NCBI RefSeq assembly: GCF_006345805.1
Contig: NC_042998.1
Span: 134,478,001 to 134,542,000, forward strand
Reading direction: 5' to 3'
Source: Octopus sinensis
Taxonomy: Eukaryota
DNA: 64,000 nt
Shown here: positions 26,208 through 39,200 of the stretch, one piece after another
Numbering within the stretch: position 1 is the first letter of the stretch
Layout of the letters: each line of letters begins with the position of its first letter
Made by a program: the position numbers and the translations under genes
The notes under the pieces: generated by a model
What the model was told of the DNA's origin: nothing
The model's database searches: none
What the model saw: the letters and a program-made list of their open reading frames with translations, nothing else

Positions 26208-27267
26208 CAAGAATAAATATATACATATACATATACTATAGATATAGATATATATACATATACAAATACAAGGTGAATATATAAATACAAGGTGAAAGTA
26301 TTATCTCCCATTACAATAGAGATGGTATTGTTTCACTTTTGACACTTAATACTGAAATAGTGTAAGAGATAAGAGATTGCACCAGGCTCCCGTTAGGCAA
26401 AAAGTTGAAAACTTTTTTGGTCCATGTCACCACATGGAACCTAAGTAAATTTAAATTTAAATATCATTAAGATCTCTAACTATTTCTATGATATTTAAAT
26501 AACATTTATATACTACATATATACTAAAACAAGAAATTAGTATATTTTTCCTGAGTTACAACTAAGTATAAAAATCAACCACCACTATTATATCACATTA
26601 CAATAGCGATGTTATTGTTTCACTTGTGACTCATAATATTGAAATAGTGTAAGAGATTGCTTCAGGCTTGCATTACAAAAGAAATTGAAAATCTTTTTGG
26701 CCCATGACAATGCATGGAACCTAAGTAAGGCATCTCTAAAATTTGAATGAAATCGGTTGGTTAGTTCTTGAGTTTTAATGATGCACACACACATACACAC
26801 ACAGATAGGCAGACAGACAGACACACTTTCTCAGTTTTATATATATATATAGATATATATGAAACTGAGAATTGTGTGTCTGTGTGTCAGTCTGTATGTG
26901 TGCATCACTAAAATTCTAGAACTACCCAACTGATTTCATCAAATTTTACACATGTCATACTTAGGGTCCATGCATTGTCATGGGCCAAAAGGATTTTCAA
27001 TTTCTTTTGTAATGCGAGTCTGAAGCAATCTCTTACACTGTTTCAATATTATGAGTCAAAAGTGAAACAATAACATCGCTATTGTAATGTGATATAATAG
27101 TGTCACTATTATATGGTTTCAATTTCAATTACATTCACTATGTATATATATTACTTTCATTTCTATTAGTTTCACTATATTGATATATATATGTGTATGT
27201 ATGTATGCATTTATATCTTTGTATATATATATATGTATGTGTATATATATATATATGTGTGTATATA

Positions 27268-27301
<34 letters not shown>

Positions 27302-28103
27302 GAGGCGCAATGGCCCAGTGGTTAGGGCAGCGGACTCGCGGTCATAGGATCGCGGTTTCGATTCCCAGACCAGGCGTTGTGAGTGTTTATTGAGTGAAAA
27401 CACCTAAAACTCCATGACGCTCCGGCAGGGATGGTGGTGATCCCTGCTGTACTCTTTCACCACAACTTTCTCTCACTCTTACTTCCTATTTCTGTTGTAC
27501 CTGTATTTCAAAGGGCCGACCTTGTCACTCTTTGTGTCACGCTGAATATCCCCAAGAACTACGTTAAGGGTACACATGTCTGTGGAGTGCTCAGCCACTT
27601 ACACGTTAATTTCACGAGCAGGCTGTTCCGTTGATCGGATCAACGGGAACCCTCATCGTCGTTACCGATGGAATTATATGTGTATATATGTATGTATGTA
27701 TGTGTACATATATATATACACTGATATGTATGTATGTATATATATATATTTATATATTATAGCCACAGGCCGACCAAAGCCTTGTGAGTGGATTTCATAC
27801 ACGGAAACTGAAAGATGACTGTCATGTATATGTGTATACTTGTGTGTGTGTGTATGTGTCCGTGTTTGTACCACCACCATTGCTTGACAGCCAATGTTGC
27901 TGTGTTTATGTTCTCATAAGTTAGCGGTTCGGCAAAAGACACTGAAAAAATAAGTACTACACTTCCAAAGAACAAATCCTGGGGTCCATTTGTTCGACCA
28001 AAGCCGGTGCTCCAGCATGTCTGCAGTCACATGACTGAAATAAGTAAAACAATAAAAAAAATCTATGTCATTTTAATCCCAAGGAAGGCCGGGTATCTCT
28101 GCT

Positions 28104-28147
<44 letters not shown>

Positions 28148-30503
28148 TATACAAACATATATAAATACATAATGAAGCTAATATAAATGAAACATATATA
28201 TATATATCACCGTGACCGACCAGGCTATCAGATGTTGTTACACATCACTGGTCACAATGCGTTTCGCATTGTTTTAGGCAAGTGTCTTCAAATGACGCCA
28301 CCCCGCTGGCTAAGCAAGCAGGCCAACAGAAGAAAGAATGAGAGTAAGTTGTGGCGAAAGAGTACAGCAGGGATTGCCACCACCCCTACCGGAGCCTCAT
28401 GGAGCTTTAGGTGTTTTCGCTCAATAAACACTCACAACGCTCGGTCTGGGAATCGAAACCGCGATCCTACAACCATGAGTCCGCTGCCCTAACCACTAGG
28501 CCATTGTGCCTCCACACATACATATATATATATAAGGTAAGCTACTTACCACACAGCCACTCCTGTGCCTATATATATAAATATATATATATATATATAA
28601 TAATAAATATTAGGGAATAAATCCAAATTTACAGGGAAAAATCAGATTTAGGATTGAATCCAATTTTATAGAAAAATATAATATAATATTAATTAGAGAC
28701 AAAACCACTATTATGCAAATCAAACAAAGAAAGACTTAATCCAATACATAAAAAATTTTATATAAATTAAATATAATTAAGATATCCACTACGATCGTTT
28801 CTTGTCACTTCTATTGACATTCATCAGGTGGTTTCAAGACCTTCTTTGCCATTTTTAAACTATGAGTTTAAACTATGACTCATAGTTTTAAAATGGCAAA
28901 GAAGGTCTTGAAACCACCTGATGAATGTCAATAGAAGTGACAAGAAACGATCGTAGTGGATATCTTAATTATATTTAATTTATATAAAAATTTTTATGTA
29001 TTGGATTAAGTCTTTCTTTGTTTGATTTGCATAATAGTGGTTTTGTCTCTAATTAATATTATATATATATATATATATATAGGTGCAGGAGTGGCTGTGT
29101 GGTAAGTAGCTTGCTAACCAACCACATGGTTCCGGGTTCAGTCCCACTGCGTAGCATCTTGGGCAAGTGTCTTCTGCTATAGCCCCGGGCCGACCAATGC
29201 CTTGTGAGTGGATTTGGTAGACGGATGCCAGGCAAGGCTGGCAACGGACACGAAAGGGTGGTGCTTTTACGTGCTACCGGCACGGGGGCCAGGTGAGGCT
29301 GGCAACGGACACGAGCGGATGGTGCTTACGTGCCAACGGCACGGGGGCCAGACGAGGCTGGCAATGGACACGAACGGATGGTGCTTTTACATGCTACCGG
29401 CACGGGGGCCAGGCGATGCTGGCAACGGACACGAGCGGATGGTGCTTTTACGTGCTACCGGCACGGGGGCCAGGCGAGGCTGGCAACGGACACGAGCGGA
29501 TGGTGCTTTTATGTGCCAACGGCATGGGGGCCAGGCGGGGCTGGCAACGGACACGAGCGGATGGTGCTTTTACATGCTACTGGCACGGGGGCCAGGCGAG
29601 GCTGGCAACGGACACGAGTGGATGGTGCTTTTACATGCCAATGGCACGGGGGCCAGGCGAGGCTGGCAACGGACACGAGTGGATGGTGCTTTTACATGCC
29701 AATGGCATGGGGGCCAGGCAAGGCTGGCAACGGACATCAGTGGATGGTGCTTTTACATGCCAACGGGACGGTGGCCAGGCGAGGCTGGCAACGGACAAAC
29801 GATCGGATGGTTCGCTTAACCACAGCTGCAATTTCCACTGATGTTGATTTGGTTTGATTTTGACTGTTCTCACTGGTCTACATCCCAGGTAGAGGCCACG
29901 GGTTATGACCTCACTTGTCCTGCCGGGTCTTCTCACGCACAGCATACTTCCATAGGTCTCGGTCTCTAGTCATTTCTTTGGTGAGACCTAAAGTTCGAAG
30001 GTCGTGCTTCACCACCTCGTCCCAGGTTTCCTGGGTCTACCTCTTCCACAGGTTCCCCCAACTGCTAGGGTGTAGCACTTTTTCACACAACTATCTTCAG
30101 CCATTCTCGTCACATGCCCATACCAGCGCAGACGTCTCTCTTGCACACCACAACTGATGCTTCTTAGGTTCAACTTTTCTCTCAAGGTACTTACACTCTG
30201 TCGATTATGAACACTGACATTACACATCCATCGGAGCATACTGGGTTCATTTCTTGCGAGCTTACGCATATCCTCAGCAGTCTGGGCCCATGTTTCACTA
30301 CCATGTAGCATGGCTGTACGTACACATGCATCATACAGTCTGCCTTTTACTCTGAACGAGAGGCCTTTTGTCACCAGCAGAGGTAAGAGCTCTCTGAACT
30401 TTGCCCAGGCTATCCTTACTCTAGCTGTTACACTTTCAGCACATCCACCCCCACTACTGACTTGGTCACCAAGATAACGGAAGCTATCAACTACTTCTAG
30501 TTT

Positions 30504-30542
<39 letters not shown>

Positions 30543-33500
30543 TGAAAGTAATTGAAAACCAATTAATAGTGAAAGTATTATATCACATTACAACAGAGAT
30601 GTTATTGTTTCACTTTTGACAATAAGAGATAAGAGATTGCACTGGGCTCATGACACTCCATGGACCCTAAGTAAAATTTGAATGAAATCTGTTGGGTAGT
30701 TCTCCAGTTTTAGTGATGCGCACATACAGACTGACAGACAGACACACACACTCACACATTCTCAGTTCTATATATATAGATTTGTAGTGTTAACAGTCAA
30801 ACATATTTGGCTGCATTTTATGTGGAATTTTGGGCTGTAAACTTTGATTTGAAAAATTTGACTTGATTACTGGAAAATGTAGATCTTGACAACTTGCTGT
30901 TTTCTGGTTAACTGTTGGATGACATAGACTAGGGGAGTACATTCTAAGAGAACATGAAGCTGCAGCAGTCACTTTGTGGGGGCAGTGTCTGATAGATTCT
31001 CTATAAGTATCACAAAGTAGAAGTAATATATTTTTCCAAGCGGCCGTAGACATTGTAAAATTGACAACTAAGTTCATTAGCTTTCAGTAAGTACTAAGTT
31101 CAACTCTACAGATTGACTTTAATGCTTATCCATATTTGGAACATTACAGTAGACATTCATGCTTATCCATATTTGTATCGTTATATCTGTTTCTAATCTC
31201 AATTAAAGGATTAAAATTGATTAAGTGTTCTTAGAACAAGATAATGAAATAAACAAACAAAACAAAACCAAAACATTTAGTCTCACTTTTCTTTTTCTGA
31301 AAATTTCTTCTTTTGTCTTTTCATTGCAGAAGAAACAGCGTCCTTCATCTAATAAATTTATATCTACCTGTGTGGAGTCTGGTGCCGATAACAAGCTATC
31401 ACTGGATAACATCAACAGCTGTGCTGTTGTGACTAATTCCTGTTTACCTCAGGTGACTCAATGAATTTCCATTATTGGTTTGCTTTTATTATCCACATGA
31501 TGTTGATTTTTCGGTTGTTGTTGTTGTTGTTGTTTAGTTCTAATCATATAAATGATGTAAACCTACATTCACTGGTGTTCCAGCCTAAACCATCTTTTTT
31601 TCTTTCCAGCCGTAGTATTTTTAGGACTATGTTATCTAATGTATACTTTCATTTTTAAGACCCTTCATCATTTCAAGAAATGTAGTTTCTATTTCTCACC
31701 AATCAAGCAACCATGTACAACAATTCTGCCAGTTTACTATGTTAATTATGTGAATTATATACGGTTTCCTTGTTGTAGGAGTGCTGTATAATTCATGTGT
31801 GTTTTATTAGCTTGTAGTTCTGTGTTCAGCTCTTCATGTGGTTGTAGCTTATAAAAGCAACTTGATCAAGTGAATATGGTATTGAGACACCACCTTATAG
31901 ATGGACTACCAACATAGATCTTGTTCAAATCTACTCTATGGGTCTCTTTGTGTATTTGTGTAATTCACTCATTCACATTACTTTGATTTACTTAGTTGTC
32001 AGAAATAGATACTAAATCAGTTACAAGTGTTATCCAAGAGAGACTGATATTCTATCCAGGAGTATTTTAATCTTTTATCTGCTTAATGTGATGAAACTAG
32101 AGCTAAGGCATCAGTCCATAAAAGCCAACTGGTAAATTTACATTTGCATTACATGAATAATATAGGGTCTTCTAGGTTGACATGCTTTACATAAACTACA
32201 TAGAATCCTTATCCCACTAATCAAATGGTTTGTTTGTTTGTTCTCATTTTGTTATAAATTAGTTTGATGAAGTGGGAAAGTTCCTGTGGATTTTTGCTAG
32301 CACTTCTTGGGTGGTAAGAATAGGAGTAACTAAGATGGCATGAATTAAGTTAAATTTGAATCTAGCAGTTAGGTTGGGAGAAAAAACTTGAGTGACAGAT
32401 ATCTAAAAAGATGGTGCCAAGCTGGAGTAAGATGGATTGGTAAAAAGAGGAGGAGATGTGAATTCATTTCATTGCTTTACATCCTGGTTGGTCCTGGTTA
32501 AACATACTTATGATCAAAAGCATTCTAATCATGACCATCTTGCCTGTATTTTCAGAAACATTGTGTCTTGGATTCTACATTATTCAATGTGACTATTAAA
32601 GTGATATGATGGAGATTTTGCTATCAGTTTGAGTGATCACATAGAGCTGGCAACCTTTTTTGAGAAGCAGGCCTCATGAAACATGGTTCATATTAAGGTG
32701 GGCCACACTACTAAAACAATTCATGGTAATTTTACATTAGATATACCATTCAGAGAGTCCTGTAGGCCACAGTTTGTCCATGACTGGCACAGAGGTTTTC
32801 TCATTGGTTTGAGGATTCATTAAATTAATATGTAGGAGTAGTGTGAATAGAGGAAATGCAGGGCAGACATATGTTGTTGATGGATCAAAGATTGTAGAAT
32901 ATTGATGAGTAAAGCAAGGCAGACATATTTTGTTAACTGATTAAAGATTGTAGAATATTGATGAGTAAAAGTCTTTCTATCAAGTGACTAACTTTGTTTG
33001 TACATTGTTTAGAAAATATCTGTATGACAGAATGTGTGATGAATAATCTTTCCAGATGTAGGAGCTATACTTGAGTGTAGACTATCACTTAGACTATACA
33101 ATGTCCTGTGTGTGAATTCTATCTTAGCCCTGAAGAGTTTTTTAAGGACTGGTACTTAGTCCAGAGTTTCATGGTATTGAACAGGCAAGTGAGAAATATT
33201 TCCATGGATAGGACCACAGTCTTTCACTGATAACTTTACCAGGTTCTCTGATATCTGTTCCTGACTGTTGAATGTACTGAATCATTGCATGTATGTATGT
33301 GCATTCATGCACAAATATTCATATTTACTTACAGAATTAGTACTTTTTGGTAAATATTTTTAAAAAATCAATTTTATATTTTTAATTTGTATCTGCTCTC
33401 TATAAGACACCTGTTTCTGAACCTCTGTTACACTCAAACTTCTCATCACCCGGCACAGGGCCACCTTCTCTAGTACATCACCCCCTCAAGGGATCTTTGT

Positions 33501-35882
33501 CTTGCAAGTTACTTAGTAACCCCATCAGTGCTGGAGCCATGTAAAAAGCATCCAGTTCTCACTATAAAGTGGTTGCTATTTGGAAGCGGTGGTGGTGGAG
33601 GATTATACATCATAAAATATTAAATAGAATATTTGTTTCACAGGGAATTTGTAGAATGTCTCCTCCTTGAAACTTGTACTGGGATGATTACAAACATCAG
33701 CTGACACTACATTACTTCCTCTTTTGAAATTTTTTAAAAAATGGCCCACTCTAGCTAGTTGGGAATAAGAGCAATTAGCTGAACTTTTGACACATGACTT
33801 GTTAATTTGATATTTTTATCTTGTATTGCTAGGTTTAGCTATGACTATGATTGCAAGAAGTTTCTTAATACTCAACTTTGGTTTGGAATCTCATTTGGTT
33901 TGGATTTGCTACTAGGTGACAAGAGTTTAAAGTGTGAGTGAAGGGAATGGGATCAGGGCAGGTTTTTGTAGAGGATCTGCATGGCTACTCACATTTAGTG
34001 GAAGAGAGGGAGAAAGAGGAAAGAGAAATGATCAATAGAAGTTGCAAAGAGATAGATAGTGGCAATGGGATGCCCAGATGGCCCCTCTAGGTACAAGGTG
34101 AATAGAAGTGGGTGGATGGGTAGGTGATTTCAAGCTCTTTATGGGGAGCAGGAAATGAAGGGATAGGAAAGCAAGCAGCAACTGTAAAAATTAGGTAGGG
34201 TTGCAGACACTAGTATAGTTAGGGGGTTGGTAGGAGCAGTCCACCCTGGGTAGCACTTTTAGGTCTGCTGTAGGCAATGTGTTTTTTGGGGTGGGGAGGG
34301 GTGGCAGATGGAAAGGCTGCTCCAGGTAGCACACACTCTAGCTATGTTCGTGGTTGCAGAGTGGATATTCAGTGAGCCATGAGTTGGGTAAGATAGCAAG
34401 ATGCAGAAGAGTGAGGGACAGGGAGTGAGAATGGTAAGATAGTAATGATGGTACAGTTAAGAAGGGGAGGAAAAAAGAGAGAGAGATGACGTGGTTGGGG
34501 TAATTTGCAGGAGCCAAGAGAAGCAATGGTCATACATAGATTATGATGGGAGGTAATTTGGTTCAGTGAGGAGTGGAATGAATCTTTAACATGTGGGTGC
34601 AGAGACCAATATATATTTAGCTTTTCCAGAACTCAGTTTCGCTGAGGAGGAGGTGGAGTCTTTTCAACAACCTCATATCTCCAGACATCCCAGTCCTTTA
34701 TCATCTTAGCCATGAAGCCCATAGTGATGAGGCCAGCCCTCACCACTTCATCCTATATCTTCCTGGGTCTCCAGTGCTCTAGTATGGTTTTAGTCATGAT
34801 GGCTAAAACGAACTAAAGAAATAAAGAATATATTATTGTAAGTCCCTGCTGCTTGCATCATGTGAAAAGCATACAGTTCACATTGTAAAATGGTTGGCAT
34901 TAGGAAAGGAGGTCCAGCTGTAAAAAAAAACAGGTCAAATCAGACAGTAGAGCTTGTTATGGGCTTCGGACTTGCCAGCTCCCTTCAAACTGCTCTGCTC
35001 ATCATGATGTCCCTATATCATTTCTAAAATTAAGAAATGGTATAAGGACCTATAGTAATTATCAATGTGCTAGGTTATGGATCTATTTCCATGATGATAC
35101 TCATATTTTAGTTTTAAGAGAGCTATTCTATTGGACCTCTGCCTAATCATTAAAACACTGATTTAATTATGAACATAGAAAGAAATTATACATTAATCCC
35201 TATTTTTGTAAGCAGTTGTATCCACAAAAAATTTTATTTGCAGAGAGCAAAAATTGAAGGAAGTTATATGAAATGGATGTTTGTGTGCATGTGTGCATGC
35301 TTGAGCATGTGTATGTGAGAGAGAAAGAGGGTGAGAAAGATAGATAGAGTGAGAGAGTGAAGGTATGTGTTGTGATGATTGATGTCTTTTATGGTGCACA
35401 CACATACATAGAAAATGTAAGATCATCATATAAAATTTTTACAATAGTTGATTTACATGGTAGTTAGACCTGGTAGAAATAGCAGCCAAATCTCCCTCAA
35501 AACACCCTACTGATTTAATCGAACAATTCTGCCTATTATGTAGTTTGAATGAGTAACTGTGACTAAAGATTAAGATTATTAAACTCACAAAGAGGTGAAA
35601 GTTTTGGCTGGCTGTCATCCTATACTCCCCTTGTTGCTAGTGAAACGGTATATGCTAGCTGTGTGAACAACTGGTTGTTTTAATGGCAGAACAAACGGGA
35701 ATTCCATTAGAAAAAGTTTTAATTTATTTTCTCGGTAAGTATGGGGGCTAGGAAAAATAATACAAACTGCATTCCAATCTATGCACCTGTCTCCACATGT
35801 GTGCCATTTTTCACGCGAATCCACCCAGCCATTTGGCTGTAAACCTCGAGACAAGAAAGAATACAATGATCGCCCATGTCCA

Positions 35883-35923
<41 letters not shown>

Positions 35924-36166
35924 ACGGGCTTCTTTCAGTTTCCATCTACCAAATCCACTTACAAGGCTGTGGTTGGCCCGAGACTATAGTAGAAGACACT
36001 TACCCAAGGTGCCATGCAGTGGGACTGAACCCGGAACCATGTGGTTGGTAAGCAAACTACTTACCACACAGCCACTCCTGCGCATATATATATTATATAT
36101 GTATGTTTGTATCAACATATCTATACATGTGTGTGTGTATATATATATATATGTATATATGTATAT

Positions 36167-36210
<44 letters not shown>

Positions 36211-39200
36211 ATATATGTGTGTGTGTGTATAGATAGATGGATAGATAGATAGGTAGGTATGCATCTTTTGTGTGTGTGTAGATAGTTATTTATGCATGTA
36301 TTCCTTTGTAGCAAGAATTGTTCATCTATCTTTGTGTCTTTCAAATTCTAAATTCTTCAACACACAGAAGCAATTGGAGCTATAGAAGTGTCAAATAAGT
36401 TGAGCTTCTGCGTTGTTGTTCGTTTTTGTGTCAAAATGTACTGGGTAAATATAAACAGTATTCTAATGAGAGAAGAGTAAAAACATGCTGCAACTTTAGT
36501 CATAGAATTTATACCAAACATTACACTCCTTAACATGATGTTATGTAAGAAAATTGTGACTAACACTACTTTGTCAACAAGCTCATCCTTATAAAAGGTC
36601 ATAATGGAGGTCATGCTAATACTTTCAGTTTCAAAATGGTAAACAGGAATGTGGGACAAACAATATCATATTCTATCCTTTGGCTTCTGACAGTCGTAAT
36701 TGTTATTTACTGAAAAGGCACTGTTGGATAGGGATTCAGTGCTGGTCTATTAACTCCAAATTTTCAGTTTCAACCTCTTAAATGTCATGACTAATCATCA
36801 TCATCATCATCATCGTTTAACGTCAGCTTTCCATGCTAGCATGGGTTGGACGATTTTGACTGAGGGCTGGCGAACCAGACGACTGCACCAGGCTCCAATC
36901 TTGATTTGGCAGAGTTTCTACAGCTGGATGCCCTTCCTAATCTTGTTGATTTGAATTATATATTTTTAAATGATTTTCAAGATATTTTTGTGACAATTTA
37001 AGAACAAGGTTACATGTTTATTTATCTCCTTAATAAGTACAATTACTTTTTTCCATAGTTTGTTTGATTGCAATCCTATTAGTTTATGCTTAACTCGGTG
37101 TGCCTTCAGATATAAAGGGAATCACTGTCTCTGGCCTAGAGGCTCCCTCATTTGCTCAGTTGGTGGGTTAGTGAAGAGAGATGCTCTCTTGTAACTGGTA
37201 TTCACATGTTCAAATACTCAACACTATTACTATCAAACTCCCTGGTATAGTGTTACATCAACACCAAGCTTCTGACATAAGAATAAGTTGATTGAAAACC
37301 AGTTGCAAGATCATATTCAGTTACTTCAAAACCAATTCAAACTAAATTAGATATCTTAGATGTATGAAAATTAAACAAAATTACATTGAAATTTTAAAAA
37401 GTATCACAAAGTTGTGTTGTTGACGTTTCATTGTTCTGAAATCAAGGAATTACACACCAATAATATATAGGCGTAGGAGTGACTGTGTGGTAAGCTTGTT
37501 TACCAACTACATGGTTCCAGGTTCAGTCCCACTGCATGGCACCTTGGGTAAGTGTCTTCTACTATAGCCTTGGGTCAACCAAAGACTTGTGAGTGGATTT
37601 TGGTAGACAGAAACTGAAAGAAGCCTGTCGTATATATGTATATATATATATATATATAAAGGGAAAGTTTATGAAAATAAACAAAAGACGAATGCAGGTG
37701 GTGTACAAACAAACAGATGTATTAGCATAGCGCTCAGGAATAGAAAAAGTCTTTTACGTTTCGAGCCTACGCTCTTCTACAGAAAGATACACAGAAAAAA
37801 ACAAGGAGAGAAAAAAATGTCTAATAGCTAAAGATCTATCATGGCATCTAACTATATATATGTGTGTGTGTGTGTGTTTGTCTCCCCAACATCACTTGAC
37901 AACTGATGCTGGTGTGGTTACATCCCTGTAACTTAGTGGTTCGGCAAAAGAGACCGATAGAACAAGTACTAGGCTTACAAAGAATAAGTCCTGGGGTTGA
38001 TTTGCTTGACTAAAGGCGGTGCTCCAGCATGGCCACAGTCACATGACTGAAACAAGTAAAAGAGTAAAGAGAGAGTAGTCTAAATTAATTAACACCTCAA
38101 CAAATAATAAATTTTATGAAGTGGTGGCAAATACTGTTAAGAGGTAAATACTTGAATGTCTTAACCCTTATGATACCATCTTGCTCAAGACCACTTCTTT
38201 TTTAGAATATTCATGTTTATCTTAAATCTCCATCCATCCATTTCTGTCCAGTATTCCTGGGCAGTTTGCTGGTGTAGAGTCCTGAAGCACCTCTTTCATA
38301 GAGTTCCTGTCAGGAGCAACTGTCATTAAACTTTACAGCTGCATTCCCAAATGTAACCAATTCAAACTATGGATTTTATCCAACCCTCATGTTCTTGGTC
38401 TACCCCTACGTCTCTTGCTGGTTGGCTTGCATAGAAGAATCTGTTTCATAATTTTTTCTGTAACATTCTAATCACATGTCCACAATAATGGAGTTACAAC
38501 CTCTCAATGCACAAAAATAGTGTCTCAACTTGGAGTGAGACTCGCTAATCTATGAGCTATGCACCCTGTTAATTATTGTTACCTCTGAGATCCTTCAGGA
38601 AAACCCCATTTTGGCCTCTTATATTCACATTTGTATTTTTTTGCTCATTACCCATCATTCATGACCATGAAGATAGGCACAAAAACTGAATTGAGTCTAT
38701 TAATGTTTTATAAGTAACTTTTGCTAAGGTACTTAAGTTTAAAAGCACCAGCTTTAATGATTGAAGTTACATTCTTTATTAGTTTCAATATTAATTAAAA
38801 CACACACGGCAGTGAGCTGGCAGAATCATTAGCATGCTGGCCTGGACAAAATGCCGCTAAGCATTTTGTCCATCTTCATATTCTGAGTTCAAATTCCGCT
38901 GAGGTCGATTTTCTCTTTCATCCTTTCGGAGTCGATAAAAATAAGTATCAGTTGAATACTTATTTCTTTATTACCCACAAGGGGCTGAACACAGAGAGGA
39001 CAAACAAGGACAGACAAACGGATTAAGTCGATTATATCGACCCCAGTACATAACTGGTACTTAATTTATCAACCTCGGCGGAATTTGAACTCAGAACGTA
39101 ACGGCAGACGAAATACCGCTAAGGATTTCGCCCAGCGCGCTCACTTTTCTGCCGGCTCAGCGCCTTATCAGTTGAATACTGGAGCCAATGTAATCAACTT

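Larger units (their letters stand above)
28598..29064. mobile_element. Penelope-like non-coding fold-back element C: near-perfect 187-bp arms (28681-28867 / 28878-29064), 10-nt loop, ~83-nt unpaired end
   Basis: I could see only one mismatch between arms. Same terminal sequence as elements A and B. Flanked by (TA)n. Confidence 0.9.

Noticed and set aside
27299-27375. tRNA gene candidate with A and B boxes
   Set aside because: It is the head of a SINE (second copy at ~28440-28515) and continues into SINE body; no proper acceptor stem or terminator.
29227-29812. CRISPR-like appearance of the regular array
   Set aside because: There are no unique spacers, the units are contiguous, the context is eukaryotic and there are no cas genes.
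29208-29857. Three overlapping 175-203 aa repetitive ORFs
   Set aside because: They arise from a stop-poor 61-bp tandem repeat in a LINE 3'UTR; the unit length is not a multiple of 3.
36357-36659. 100-aa minus-strand ORF in unique sequence (likewise 30790-31077)
   Set aside because: No motif, homology or splice signals recognised; it lies antisense within an intron, and this length is attainable by chance.
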